A DNA stretch of 63,869 bases, filler included, from Lenisia limosa (taxonomy: Eukaryota > Protista > Breviatea), in assembly GCA_001655205.1 (NCBI GenBank). It is 14 parts of 14 records of this genome, joined end to end, with 100 filler letters (N's around TTAATTAATTAA, not from the genome) between each part and the next. Parts side by side here need not be neighbours in the genome. Positions count along the whole stretch, not along the records: positions 50,415 to 53,669 come from LPNZ01009987.1; positions 53,770 to 56,493 come from LPNZ01011276.1; positions 56,594 to 59,046 come from LPNZ01008574.1; positions 59,147 to 61,053 come from LPNZ01000443.1; positions 61,154 to 62,601 come from LPNZ01003915.1; positions 62,702 to 63,869 come from LPNZ01005170.1; 8 more parts are not named here. One strand, 5' to 3'. Made by a program: the position numbers and the translations under genes. The notes beneath the pieces are model-generated. The model made no database searches, was not told where the DNA came from, and saw only the letters and a list, made by a program, of their open reading frames with translations. This document shows positions 51,101 to 62,782 of this stretch, piece after piece (position 1 is the first letter of the stretch; the number at the start of each line of letters is the position of its first letter).

Positions 51101-51399
51101 GTGGATCCATCAGAGCCAGCCCACCCCATAAATAGCCGATATTTTCGAATGTGAGGTTAGGGCAAAAACGGTGAGCGCCGCGCGTGCACGTGACCTACTG
51201 AATGAGGATACTCAATGTAGAGAGAAACACAATAATACAATATTGTGTATTAATCATATCATATCGATATGGTTTTATTCATAAAAAAAGAGCATAAGCA
51301 TAGCCACACTCTCATTCAGGATCGCTCTACTCCAACAAAAATGATAAAGAGAGTATTAGTACGATATACAGTGATCAGGGTAAGTCTTGATTTGTTTTG

Positions 51400-54300
51400 T
51401 GATTTCCCAAGGAAAATCGGTCAAGAATCCCGGTCACTGTATGCAGCTGCATAGTGCTATCATGATTTGTCTGGACAGAGGCCCACCTGGGAGTGGTATT
51501 TCTTGAAGACTGGTAGGCGTAATTCAAGAGGTAAGCAATATACTTGTCGTGGTTTTCCTGGGGGGGGAGGGTAAAATGGAAAAAACGTAAAATGGAGTGA
51601 TGTAAAAAAACAACAACATAAAAAAAAAAAAAAAAAACGCACAGGTCAGTTTCTGCCACAGAACNNNNNNNNNNNNNNNNNNNNNNNNNNNNNNNNNNNN
51701 NNNNNNNNNNNNNNNNNNNNNNNNNNNNNNGAATTCCATACATTTTATGAAAAACACAACCCTCTAATCGAGCAAATGGTGTCTGTACTTCCCCACGGTT
51801 GTCTGCTCAGCCCAGCCCATTGGGGAACCTGGGGTAGCAGCAGTGACCACGCCGCTGTCGTCCTCACTCAGATCCGACGACAGGACGTACACTATACGGG
51901 CTCTATTGGCCGCCTCGCGCGCTGTCTGAGGGTGTGAGGAAGGGATGGAAAAAGCATGAAAGAGTTTCAAAATTGACACAATATCAATATCATTGTATAA
52001 ATCGTGTCAGATAAACCGTGCCCTAACCCTATGAAGAGACAGTGGTTTCTTAAACGACTCCGTCAGGCCGGATTGCGCAGTTTCGGCCGCGGCTAGACAC
52101 TCCTTTTCTCCCTCCTCGTCCACCAGCCAGAGTTTGATGAGATANNNNNNNNNNNNNNNNNNNNNNNNNNNNNNNNNNNNNNNNNNNNNNNNNNNNNNNN
52201 NNNNNNNNNNNNNNNNNNNNNNNNNNNNNNNNNNNNNNNNNNNNNNNNNNNNNNNNNNNNNNNNNNNNNNNNNNNNNNNNNNNNNNNNNNNNNNNNNNNN
52301 NNNNNNNNNNNNNNNNNNNNNNNNNNNNNNNNNNNNNNNNNNNNNNNNNNNNNNNNNNNNNNNNNNNNNNNNNNNNNNNNNNNNNNNNNNATACCGGTAA
52401 AATATCAATTGTTTTCTAGGATTTATCGAGAAATTCAGTCTTTTTTCGAGCGTTACACCAACCTGCTAATATCTCGAGCCAAGCTGCGTGCATCAGTACC
52501 GTGTGGGGGGTTAGATATGGCGTGTGACTGGTAAATCTGGGNNNNNNNNNNNNNNNNNNNNNNNNNNNNNNNNNNNNNNNNNNNNNNNNNNNNNNNNNNN
52601 NNNNNNNNNNNNNNCTCAAATTAAACCTCGCCCCCAAACTCTACAAACAAGTTCCGCAGGGTTCGGAATAAGGTCCACCAAATGGGGCAAGTTGGCCCGA
52701 ATAAGCATGTCTTTTGTGTACGCTTCAACCTCGATTTTCTAAGTGGTGATAAGGCCTTCGGGTTATTGGCAAATGATATAAAGGGCATTATCAAGTTCAT
52801 TCATAATTGGAAGCGTCATCAGGAGTATCCAACCCACTTCAATTTCGGCGTTGAGCTTTCGGGCTTCGTCCTTGACAAAAGGTGCAGCCTAAGAGCCGTA
52901 AATGTGTCATCGGCGAGTGCACATGAAATGACTAAAAAGGCCCTTTTATCATATGAAGAAACTGGAAAATTTTTAGGACTAAGCAACCCACCTTTTCATC
53001 TCTCGTCACAATCTCGGCGTATTTCGCAGAGAATAGTGCCGCAACATGAAGGGCCTACAGGACAGTTATGCTTGGTGCTTCATTTCCATCACAAATGGAA
53101 CAAACTACTAATGTATGTGTCAAGTGAATTATGACATTTTGGAAGCTTACTTGCAGTTTATGAGTGCCGAGAGGGAAGGAAGCAGCAACCTGATACGCGT
53201 AAATGGCACTATTTTCAAAAATAAAAAAAGAGACTAAACCACCAGCATTCAATTGATGCTGAGAATCAAAAAGGGACACGAGATACATCAGCTTGGTACT
53301 TTTTCAACAGAACTCAATCCGCCACCCCCTCCTACCTTCCGCGCAGTAGAAATGGCAACTGTTGGTGACACGATGCGATAGAGATACGGCTTAATGTCCA
53401 CAAACGTCAGAGCTGCATGGGTCAGAGGGTGTTGGTAGCTTGAGACATCATAACTGACAGCTCATTTTTTCAATCAAACATCAAATAAGACCTCAAATAC
53501 AGTTCGATTGTCCAATATAATCTTCCAACCGTTAATTGTTGACTTCTCAGCCTCCTTTATGATGTTGTTAATGCACATCACGAGAACCTACAAAAATCAA
53601 TCCAGGAATTATGCCCTCCAGCATCAACAATAAGTGTATATTTGATATGCCCTCCAGCATCAACAATAANNNNNNNNNNNNNNNNNNNNNNNNNNNNNNN
53701 NNNNNNNNNNNNNTTAATTAATTAANNNNNNNNNNNNNNNNNNNNNNNNNNNNNNNNNNNNNNNNNNNNGGGAGGAAAGAGGGAAGGCGGGCAAGAGGGG
53801 GTGAGGACGAGGGTTTCACTTCAGTTCGAACAAGACAGTTAATTATATCGATAGTTTTCGAGGATTTATCGAGAAATTTAGTCTTTTTTTCAAACCGAAG
53901 TGAAGCCCTAGTGAACCAAACTATCATAAAATAAAAGGTTTACCCCCCCCCCCCNNNNNNNNNNNNNNNNNNNNNNNNNNNNNNNNNNNNNNNNNNNNNN
54001 NNNNNNNNNNNNNNNNNNNNNNNNNNNNNNNNNNNNNNNNNNNNNNNNNNNNNNNNNNNNNNNNNNNNNNNNNNNNNNNNNNNNNNNNNNNNNNNNNNNN
54101 NNNNNNNNNNNNNNNNNNNNNNNNNNNNNNNNNNNNNNNNNNNNNNNNNNNNNNNNNNNNNNNNNNNNNNNNNNNNNNNNNNNNNNNNNNNNNNNNNNNN
54201 NNNNNNNNNNNNNNNNNNNNNNNNNNNNNNNNNNNNNNNNNNNNNTCTAAGCCCATATCATTAGCCCTCTTCCCTTATCCGTATCCGTATCCGTAAATTT

Positions 54301-57300
54301 CCATGCCATAATTGGTCCTGTATCTCAATATCCGCAGTCCGGGATAAAAACATCTGAAGCCCCCTTCAATAACCTTCCGTATTAGCTATATTATATTATC
54401 ATATTGAAACATAGCTTTCTGCGTGAATCACTAGCAGTTTTCGAAGTAAGGATAATCCCCTTTCAACACTTACCCTCGTACAATCCAAGCCTCTCATAAT
54501 CCCTTACCCCCACCCCCACCGGCCCGGGACTGGGCATGTTCGATTTTGGCCGACTTCGAGGGAAGTTCGTTCATGTCCACCTGCTTATCGTGGAGAAGTA
54601 CCTGGGGGTTGTGAGGGCAGTAAATGAGTATTGTCAAAATTTATACAGATTCAAATAGCATGACATGATGGAACAATGACAAGATTTTTAAGATGTCAAC
54701 TTTTCAACGAATATAAATGCTTTAGGACTTTGTGTAATAAATATATAAATGCTCTAGGACTTTATGTAATTCATTGAGAAAAGTGAAGCGGCCTATTGTC
54801 AAAGAGAACCCCCAACAAAATAATAAGCGAAGGGAGTCCTATAATCAATCCTCGAAACATCGTAGAAGAATGCATTATCATACCAGGTCTTTTCCCCACC
54901 TACCGCCCAAAACTCTTGCATGTACTTGAGAGAGAGCAAATGGTATTTCTTGGCAGTGCTGAAGTTTCGTCGGAACCCCAGGAAATCAACCAATCCTTGA
55001 TCAATTATGGGGGGAAATTATTGGGGGAAATTCTGGGGGGAAGAAAACCAATTCTAGATCAAATAAACGGGAATTTAATTTTCGAAGATTTATCGAGAAA
55101 TTCAGTCTTACTTCGAACCTGTCTAGTCCCAATCCCCCACCCATAGACGACCTGCCACCAGAGAGGTACTGAGTCTCGCGCTCCTTCTCCCACTGCTGGT
55201 TCTGGAGATGAATTGCGAAGCGCCCAGTCAGGTCTGGCTTCAGCCTGATGAGGTAATACGGGTGATACGGGTGATACGGAGGAGTTTTCAGTGTTTTAGC
55301 GAGGCTAGTGGTAAGATATAAAGAACAGATTTTTATACAAAAGAACCAAGTTTTTGATAAAGAATTGTCTTTTAGATGAGAACAATAAAAAACTAAGGTT
55401 GAAGACAAAGCCGCTCATTAAACAAACCTGTTTGCTGCTTTGATTTGGATCATAGCCCTCCCCGGTGCGTATTTGTACACTAAGTAAAATGTGGCAAGTC
55501 GCACTAATAAGTAAGTAAATAGTTGACAAAAACGCTTAATCCTGCCTTTTGTCATGGATTTCTCACCAAATGTATCATGCCTGTCACTTATATCTTTCCC
55601 CCATGAAAAGAATACAGAATATTACTCATCTAAAAATGGATGGTTTTGTTTTAGAGTTTAAATTCAAAAAAAGAATACAAAGAGTAGAGACTTTTTTCAT
55701 TTAAGCCAAAGTAGCAAGCCAATTTTATGGTACTCTTCGTACCCCTTGATTTTATTTTTATTTTCTTGTAGTCAAAACACCCCGACCCACTTGGAATAAC
55801 AAAAGACTCGGGGAACTGAATCAAGCCGGCACGGAATATGCGCTCTGCCCTATCCACATTCTTTTTACATCGAGCTTTCTGGAAGGTGAAGCCATGAGGG
55901 CAATATTGTCTTTTGAAAGCAGGTCGTTCAATAATGGAAGAACATGTCTTCTTTGAAGTGTGCGAAATAGTCTTTTTGAAGAGGCAAAGGTGGCGTAGAT
56001 CATCATCAAAATAGCTTGCTTCGGATAAAAGTAGGCCTTCACTTCTGTTCAAAAAAGACTGAATTTCTCGAAAAATCTTCGATAAATATCGATATTTTAT
56101 CAGTCTTTTTCGAACCGAAGTGAAACCCTAGAATAAACTAGTTTAATAATGAGAGTGATAATAATGTATATTTTTCAATCCCTTGCGATTTGACATTGTG
56201 TTTATTTCATTGGGCTTATAAAAAAAAAGCATCATTCCCTTCTTTATACCATCACCGATCACTAATAATATGAAGTTTCTTGGGGCATATATGGGACATT
56301 TCTGATCACCTATTCCTGCTAACCTGAAGGAAACGGGTCAGAATTTCGACCTCAAACTCGCAGAAGAACACTTCCGGCGGCTCGCGGTCAACTAATTCGC
56401 AATCCTGGGGGGGTAAAACGAAGGAAATTTCGATGAAGAATATTGGCGTAAAGGGGGGTAAATTTGGAAAAATTTTGAAACAAAGTCCAAAATNNNNNNN
56501 NNNNNNNNNNNNNNNNNNNNNNNNNNNNNNNNNNNNNTTAATTAATTAANNNNNNNNNNNNNNNNNNNNNNNNNNNNNNNNNNNNNNNNNNNNCTTTTGT
56601 TCCCCTTCCACACGTGATCCTCAGGCCAACCTTTTCTTGAGGGAAAATGATCATTTTGTAGGACTCCACGTACTACAGAAGTTAACTTAGGCGATGTCGA
56701 GGTGAAGAATAAAAAAGCTGGCTAAGGAATAAAAAAGAATAGAAAAGAAGAATTACAAAAAAAGCTTGGATGCTCCACCTCCTCCCCAAGAAAGAATACT
56801 CCCCGCTCCCACTTTCAAGAAGAAAGCATGGGCGGGCTCAGTGGGTTTGAGGAAGGTGTACTGGGGGTTATTGAACTCTCGAGCGGCGAGTTGGGACTGG
56901 AACTCCTCTCCTTGGGCAGCGCAGAACATAGCAGAAATACGCACAAGCTCACTGGGGGGGGGGGGGNNNNNNNNNNNNNNNNNNNNNNNNNNNNNNNNNN
57001 NNNNNNNNNNNNNNNNNNNNNNNNNNNNNNNNNNNNNNNNNNNNNNNNNNNNNNNNNNNNNNNNNNNNNNNNNNNNNNNNNNNNNNNNNNNNNNNNNNNN
57101 NNNNNNNGTAAAACGAAGAAAATGGATCATTAGATCTCTACCCCCCACATTTCATTAGATACTCCCAAAAAAGACCGGATTTCTCGATAAACCCTTGATA
57201 GATATCGATATTTCACCGATCTTTTTCGAAACTCAGGGAAGCCTTAACTCAATACCAACCCTCCACATTTCAATTGACTCTATCCCCCTTCCCCCGCACA

Positions 57301-58380
57301 TTTCATTAGTGGTCATTGCGAAGCCATTGGGCAGGTAGTGGTGGAAGGGTGGAGGCGGTTCACGGACAATCGGCTCTGGTGCGGCTGCGGCCGGGGTCTC
57401 CTCTTCTGTCTGCGGGGAGTAAAACGAAGGAATTTTATGAAACAAAAAAAAGAGCCCAAAATCAACACTGTTGGCTGACAACACATGANNNNNNNNNNNN
57501 NNNNNNNNNNNNNNNNNNNNNNNNNNNNNNNNNNNNNNNNNNNNNNNNNNNNNNNNNNNNNNNNNNNNNNNNNNNTTTCCAGTTTCTATCTAGTATTCAA
57601 ACACAGGAAGTGTATGATTATATTCAAAAAAACAAATGAAAGCTGCTTCTCATTTGTGTTTTGTTTTTAGAGCATGAAAACATAACATCATGGTATCCCT
57701 TTGATTTATTTGTTTCCCCAGATTATTGATCTACTATCTTATGAGTTTGCTCAAAAAAAAAAAGAGAAAAAAAAAGAAGAGTGACAATGGATTTAGAGAT
57801 GCAAAATACAAAAGCTGATACCTGGCTGAAGCCGTCCACACCATAACATATAAAAGAGCAAATCCACCAAATAAAAACGAAGAGAACGCTATCACAATCC
57901 AACAAAAAAGCCAGAAAATAAGCAGCAGTATTGTGAAAGAGCCCCCATAGCTCCTCGAAAGGAATGATATAACAAAACACTGGAAAAGATCAAGACCATC
58001 ACAAACCTTTTCGGGCTGCGCCACCTCTCCTCCGGAAGCGCCAGGGAGTGAAATACCAGCTGCAATGGTCAAACAGCCCCAAGAAGACTCGCTTTACCTT
58101 CTGAAGCAAGAGCTTCGTCACATTTTGATTTGTAGTAAGGGTGATAGGGGTCTGCCGAGTTGAGGAAACTGAACTTAGCTACAATATTAGAATAAGGCGG
58201 CTCAAAGGCTTGACAAACGATTGCCGTCGTTCTTTTGTCTGATCACATTTTCGAACTCCTTTCCCTTCTTTGCCACGAAATTTGCGGTGATATCCACGAC
58301 ACCTGATCAATAAGTCGAAACCACGCTGAAGTGAGCCTACTCTGGATATCAGCCGGTGGGATCACCATTCCTTCTGACAT
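51400..58380 (-). CDS. SF3A1: SF3A1/Prp21-like SURP1+SURP2 protein with a long unrecognised C-terminal part (could be more than one gene)
   Basis: MSEGMVIPPADIQSVVDITANFVAKKGKEFENVIRQKNDGNPKFSFLNSADPYHPYYK (SURP1); REPPPPF...ELVRISAMFCAAQGEEFQSQLAAREFNNPQYTFLKPTEPAHAFFLK|YVESYKMIIFP (SURP2). Downstream minus-strand exons continue to ~51400. Confidence 0.65.
52391..52450. mobile_element. MITE family A, partial (truncated by gap)
   Basis: accggtaaaatatcaattgttttctaggatttatcgagaaattcagtcttttttcga. Confidence 0.7.
53809..53910. mobile_element. MITE family A copy
   Basis: gagggtttcacttcagttcg...aaaccgaagtgaagcccta. Confidence 0.85.
55066..55120. mobile_element. MITE family A, internal fragment
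   Basis: ttttcgaagatttatcgagaaattcagtcttacttcgaacc. Confidence 0.55.
56032..56130. mobile_element. MITE family A copy
   Basis: taggccttcacttctgttc...gaaccgaagtgaaacccta. Confidence 0.85.
57165..57246. mobile_element. MITE family A, degenerate copy
   Basis: aaaaaagaccggatttctcgataaac...atatcgatatttcaccgatctttttcgaaac...gaagcctta. Confidence 0.65.
57410..57487 (-). repeat. Family I copy ending exactly at an acceptor of the SURP gene
   Basis: Reverse complement tcatgtgttgtcagccaacagtgttgattttgggctctttttttgtttcataaaattccttcgttttactccccgcag|. Confidence 0.85.
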
Positions 58381-58513
58381 TTTAGCTTGCTTAATCAAAT
58401 ACTAATACAAAACGTTTCACTAAGAAGCAGAGAAATGAAAAGAAATTGTCTTGGAATTTTTAGTTAAAAAATAGCAGTCAAAATGTAAATTCATAACTAT
58501 TAAGCAGTGATTG

Positions 58514-58527
58514 TTTTGGCGCCAAAA
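58514..58527. promoter_or_regulatory. Palindromic E2F-type site TTTTGGCGCCAAAA in the divergent SF3A1-like/CAF1B intergenic region
   Basis: Perfect 14-bp palindrome matching the E2F consensus TTTSSCGC, ~150 nt upstream of the CAF-1 p60 ATG. Confidence 0.5.
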
Positions 58528-58675
58528 TAAGAATCTTGAGAAACTACATCAATAACTCTGTTTATAATAGCTATATGTGGCCATAGTTTTTAAGTTTTCA
58601 TCAGAATAAGTTGAGGAGTCTTATCAGCGAACGAGGCGGCGAGGGTGGTCTTCTCCCCGTTCCCTACCTCTGAAA

Positions 58676-58885
58676 ATGAGGGCAGAGTGTATTCAGATCG
58701 GGTAGGTCGCGCTTCGCCTTGTCCTGCTCTCATATCTCCATCACTTTGGAACTTCTATTGTCTCTCCCTCTTCCCAAGCCCTGTTAACCTGCTTAGATGG
58801 CATGATAACACTGCGGTTTTGTCGTTGGACTTTCACCCAACCGAAAAGAAGATCGCTACTGGCGGGGCTGACAAGATCATCAGGG
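58676..58885 (+). CDS. CHAF1B: Chromatin assembly factor 1 p60 subunit (WD40), first two exons only
   Basis: MRAECIQIG|WHDNTAVLSLDFHPTEKKIATGGADKIIR resembles the FAS2/Cac2 N-terminus. The rest is lost at the 59047-59146 contig join. Confidence 0.75.
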
Positions 58886-59231
58886 TTGGTTAATTGGGGA
58901 TTTGCGTTATTAATAAGAGAAACCGGGTATTAGGTTGGTTAATTGGGGATTTGGTATTTTTGAGAAGATAGAAACAATAATCAGGGAACCGTAAGACTTA
59001 TCGGCTGGAATAGTAGTATTGTAATCAATATGTCATGAATGTTATTNNNNNNNNNNNNNNNNNNNNNNNNNNNNNNNNNNNNNNNNNNNNTTAATTAATT
59101 AANNNNNNNNNNNNNNNNNNNNNNNNNNNNNNNNNNNNNNNNNNNNGGATTTAAATTTATGAAGAGCAAATCTGTTTTTTTTTAATCAAGATATTGGAGG
59201 AGAGTTTTGATTATTGTTGTTTTTACCCCCA

Positions 59232-60820
59232 GGCGGTTGCATCAACTCCCAAAGAAACCCCTTCAACTTCAGCCGATCTGACATCCCCAAAAGTTGGTAT
59301 TGCGGGTTTTTGACTTCCAGGCCTTGGCTTAGATTATATTACATCAAATATACATCTCACGTATTTATATTTAGTATATTATATTTATATATTGTATATT
59401 TGTATATATTTCTATAGTATTTATATTTTGGATTCAGCAAAAGGCATCGTTTTGACCTTTTAGCAGACCACGCCTTCCAGACATTCACGTGGCAGAAGCC
59501 CCCAAAACACCTCCAACAGGGAATCTCGAAGGTATGGGTGACATTAGGGTGTGTGCTTGTGTTTGTTTTATAGTTCATTGGAACTCTTCACCATTTGACT
59601 ACACAGCTCACCTTCTGATAGTCGGTCGCGGTCGCGGAATCGGCATTATTCCGAATCGGAGTCTGAATCGGAACTCTCATCTTCCGAAAGCGACTCCAGG
59701 TTTGGGTCTTTTGTCCAAGGGGATACATTGGTGCAGTGATTCTCTGCCTCATGCGTTTTATCCATTCCGCGATATTGACGGCTTGAGCAGTGTCTAACCC
59801 CCCAGTGCTGACAGCTACACCCAGTCCCAGCATGTCAGACGGTCAAGTGAGTCTTTGAGAGCCTCTCGCGGCCGCACAGAATCAGCAGAATTATCGCCCT
59901 CGCCTTGTACAGGGGACTGTAAAGCTATGATGATGTAAAAATCCCATTTCTTACTATTACGAGAGAAAAACAGAACGTAAATACCAGTTTTCTCATGGAG
60001 TGGCCTAAAAGCTGAACAATCTAGTCATCTGGTCCGTTCTGGACTGACTTGTGTAGCTAGTCGGCCGAGCAGCAGAGGTGGCACAGACCTCCGCCGCCGT
60101 CTTGAGCAGGAATCAAAACGTGGGGGGTGTAGAATCGAAATGTTGGTGATGGTATGAGGGTAGTTTGCACCTATTCTTTCTGTGTGCGTATAGGGTGATT
60201 TTACGAAGAAATAAGCAGGACGTTTTGATTGTTCACTCAAGGTGCAAATGAGTAGTACGTTTTGACTGTTCACTAAAGGGGGGAATGAGGAGGACGTTTT
60301 GACTGTTTAGTAAGGGACGAGTACCAGACGCTTTCTCGACGTTTGTCGCAGCAGCTCAAGTCCCTCCAGGACAGCATCGAGGAGGAGGTCGGGGCAATGA
60401 GTATCACTGTTTGGGACAATGGCATGTTCCAGTATCCCAAATTGACGCTTATAGGAGGAGCTCCGCGCTAACGATGGAGAAAATGACGCATTACTCCGAG
60501 AGAACAAGGTATGGGGGAGGGGGGGTTCTACAGCTTTCAGGTCCTTGTTACTCTTGTTTCTGGTATAATGTTTGTGGAAAAAGTCTTGACTGATTTTCTG
60601 AAAGGAATTCTGATTCTAAAGGTCAAGGCTTCCCCCATGTATAATTGATTTATTATTCCTGTCAGCCAGGGAAGACATATGTGTACTCACACTCAGGCCC
60701 TGCGAGACTCATTAGAAACACAAAGACGTAAGACTAGCGTCAGTAAGAAGAGTCTGGACAATGCCAATGCGGAACTCGAGTGGGCTCACGTTATGACATA
60801 CCTGGTCACATGTTATGAAA
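59232..60820 (+). CDS. Exons of a hypothetical Ser/Arg-rich plus coiled-coil protein
   Basis: ag/gt-bounded exons AVASTPKETPST, RSRSRNRHYSESESES, VRDEYQTLSRRLSQQLKSLQDSIEEE|EELRANDGENDALLRENK|ALRDSLETQRRK. Confidence 0.5.
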
Positions 60821-61189
60821 TGTATCTTCTATCTTGGTGTTGCTCATACCTTTATTGGACACCAATCCTACATATCGTTGTGTTAAGCATATCTCAGGTG
60901 TACCCACACGTTTACCTCTACAAGTCTTCACTAAGCTTCGATTTGTTATCTATTCATCTGCAACCTATCTACCATTAACTGTTCAGTGTTTTGAGAAGAC
61001 GCCTTAAAAAGGAGTCTCTTACTGCAAAGGTTTGGACCGTCTGATCATTTATTNNNNNNNNNNNNNNNNNNNNNNNNNNNNNNNNNNNNNNNNNNNNTTA
61101 ATTAATTAANNNNNNNNNNNNNNNNNNNNNNNNNNNNNNNNNNNNNNNNNNNNTATCTGGTTTAGATCAAGCAATAATGTCGTAGCCCT

Positions 61190-62086
61190 TCTCCGACACG
61201 GAAATGTCAGCTGTCGGAGGTTCTTGTCTTCTTGCTTGTGGCGGCGATAAACGACCCTCAAACGAGCGTTCCACATGCCAGCAGCTGAGGGACGGCCGAT
61301 CCTTTGAATGCGAAGGTGGGGGGCAATTTTGTGCTCAAGTTGTGAGAGATCTAAGGATCAATCCACCTGTCTTCAGTTTTTTTTTGTCCTTCCTATCCAT
61401 CACTGTAATATGTATAATGAAACCCGAAAATTGTTTACCCTCACACCACAGACTGGACTTTCAGTACCACAAATGGAGAACCTGGTGTTGACCTCAGGTA
61501 ATAGGGGGGCTGAAACACTCTATGAGAGTTAAAGAAGGGTACCAATTCTGAAAATTGTCACGGATATCCAAAGAAAAAGTTTCGGTGTCGTCATCTTTGA
61601 ACTGCTTTTTACATGAATTTAACAAAGACTTTTCTCAGTATGATAATCACAACATTTGCTCCCTTGCTTTCAAAACAACTGCATTTATAACAGTAAATAA
61701 AAATCACACTGTTTTGGCTATATTTGTGGTTTATCCGAGCCAGTTTCTGGGTTGGCACCATGCTTTAACATTCTTCAGCAACGGAAACCTGACATGTTCC
61801 TCTGGCACCCCCAACATCAAGGATCCCATCCGTCTTTCCGGACACGAGTACCAAGGCGCCGTCTGTATTGGTAGGGGGTGATCAAGGGAAAATGATGATC
61901 AAAATTGGACAAGTTATTCTGGCCCGGTGTAACAAGTGGTGTTTATACCAGGTATCTGATCCTCTCCAGAAACAATCCGTAACATCACAACCTGTTCCGA
62001 GCTTATGGCTCTCGGAGATGCCACGGATGAGATTGTCCGTTTGACAGCTGACCTCGACTGTTCCGACACTCCGGTCGAGGTGAGCA
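61190..62086 (+). CDS. Cys-containing putative secreted/surface protein fragment
   Basis: In-phase exons GGSCLLACGG...FECE|DWTFSTTNGEPGVDL|SNGNLTCSSG...AVCI|ETIRNITTCSELMALGDATDEIVRLTADLDCSDTPVE. Confidence 0.5.
61550..61715 (+). repeat. Intronic repeat family C, copy 2
   Basis: Homologous to the reverse complement of 29150-29300; even the spurious translations align (CNEDFPQNDNHICSLSSKTTAFI vs FNKDFSQYDNHNICSLAFKTTAFI). Confidence 0.75.
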
Positions 62087-62782
62087 TCCATGTTATTATT
62101 TATAATCAAATTTGTTTAATATAAGCTTGATTAATCATTTCAGATGATCAAAAGATCCAAAAACCTAGTCTTGGATGGACAGGATTTCAAGATTTCTGGA
62201 CTTAATATTTCAAGTGTAAGGAGGGTAGTTTTTTTATGTGATTCAGCTCAGTTGCCGCCATTCATATTCTATATCACCTTGTTATGGTAGCTTTTACTTC
62301 ATCGTTCACCCCTCCCCCTTTCCTTCTTCTTCTTCCCTCTTTGGTCCGCAACTGCTACTATTTTGGTGCTATTTCGGGTTTTAAAAAAAATAGTAGTAGT
62401 ATATTATATTATATATGATCGATCATATGATATAGATTAAAACCGCGAACAAAAAAGGAGGCTTTTCTTTCATTTTTCGACCCAATACGCTCCTTATTTA
62501 CCCTCTTTCGCTTTATTTGAAAATTATCGCCCGAAACACTTATTTTATACAGGGTTTTATTCAAAAGCATAGAAGGGGTACCAATATACATGCAAGATAC
62601 CNNNNNNNNNNNNNNNNNNNNNNNNNNNNNNNNNNNNNNNNNNNNTTAATTAATTAANNNNNNNNNNNNNNNNNNNNNNNNNNNNNNNNNNNNNNNNNNN
62701 NCCCCCCCCAGCTTTGTGAGTTTGTTTTGCTTTTTTCTTCCAGTGTAACTGTTTAGCCAACATAATTTTTTTTTTCCATATT

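Noticed and set aside
52682-53134. 150-aa plus-strand ORF
   Set aside because: It overlaps three well-phased minus-strand exons; treated as an antisense open frame.
3555-62700. TTAATTAATTAA repeated at 13 positions
   Set aside because: Synthetic scaffold linker, not biology. ORFs containing X-runs are likewise artefacts of N-gaps.
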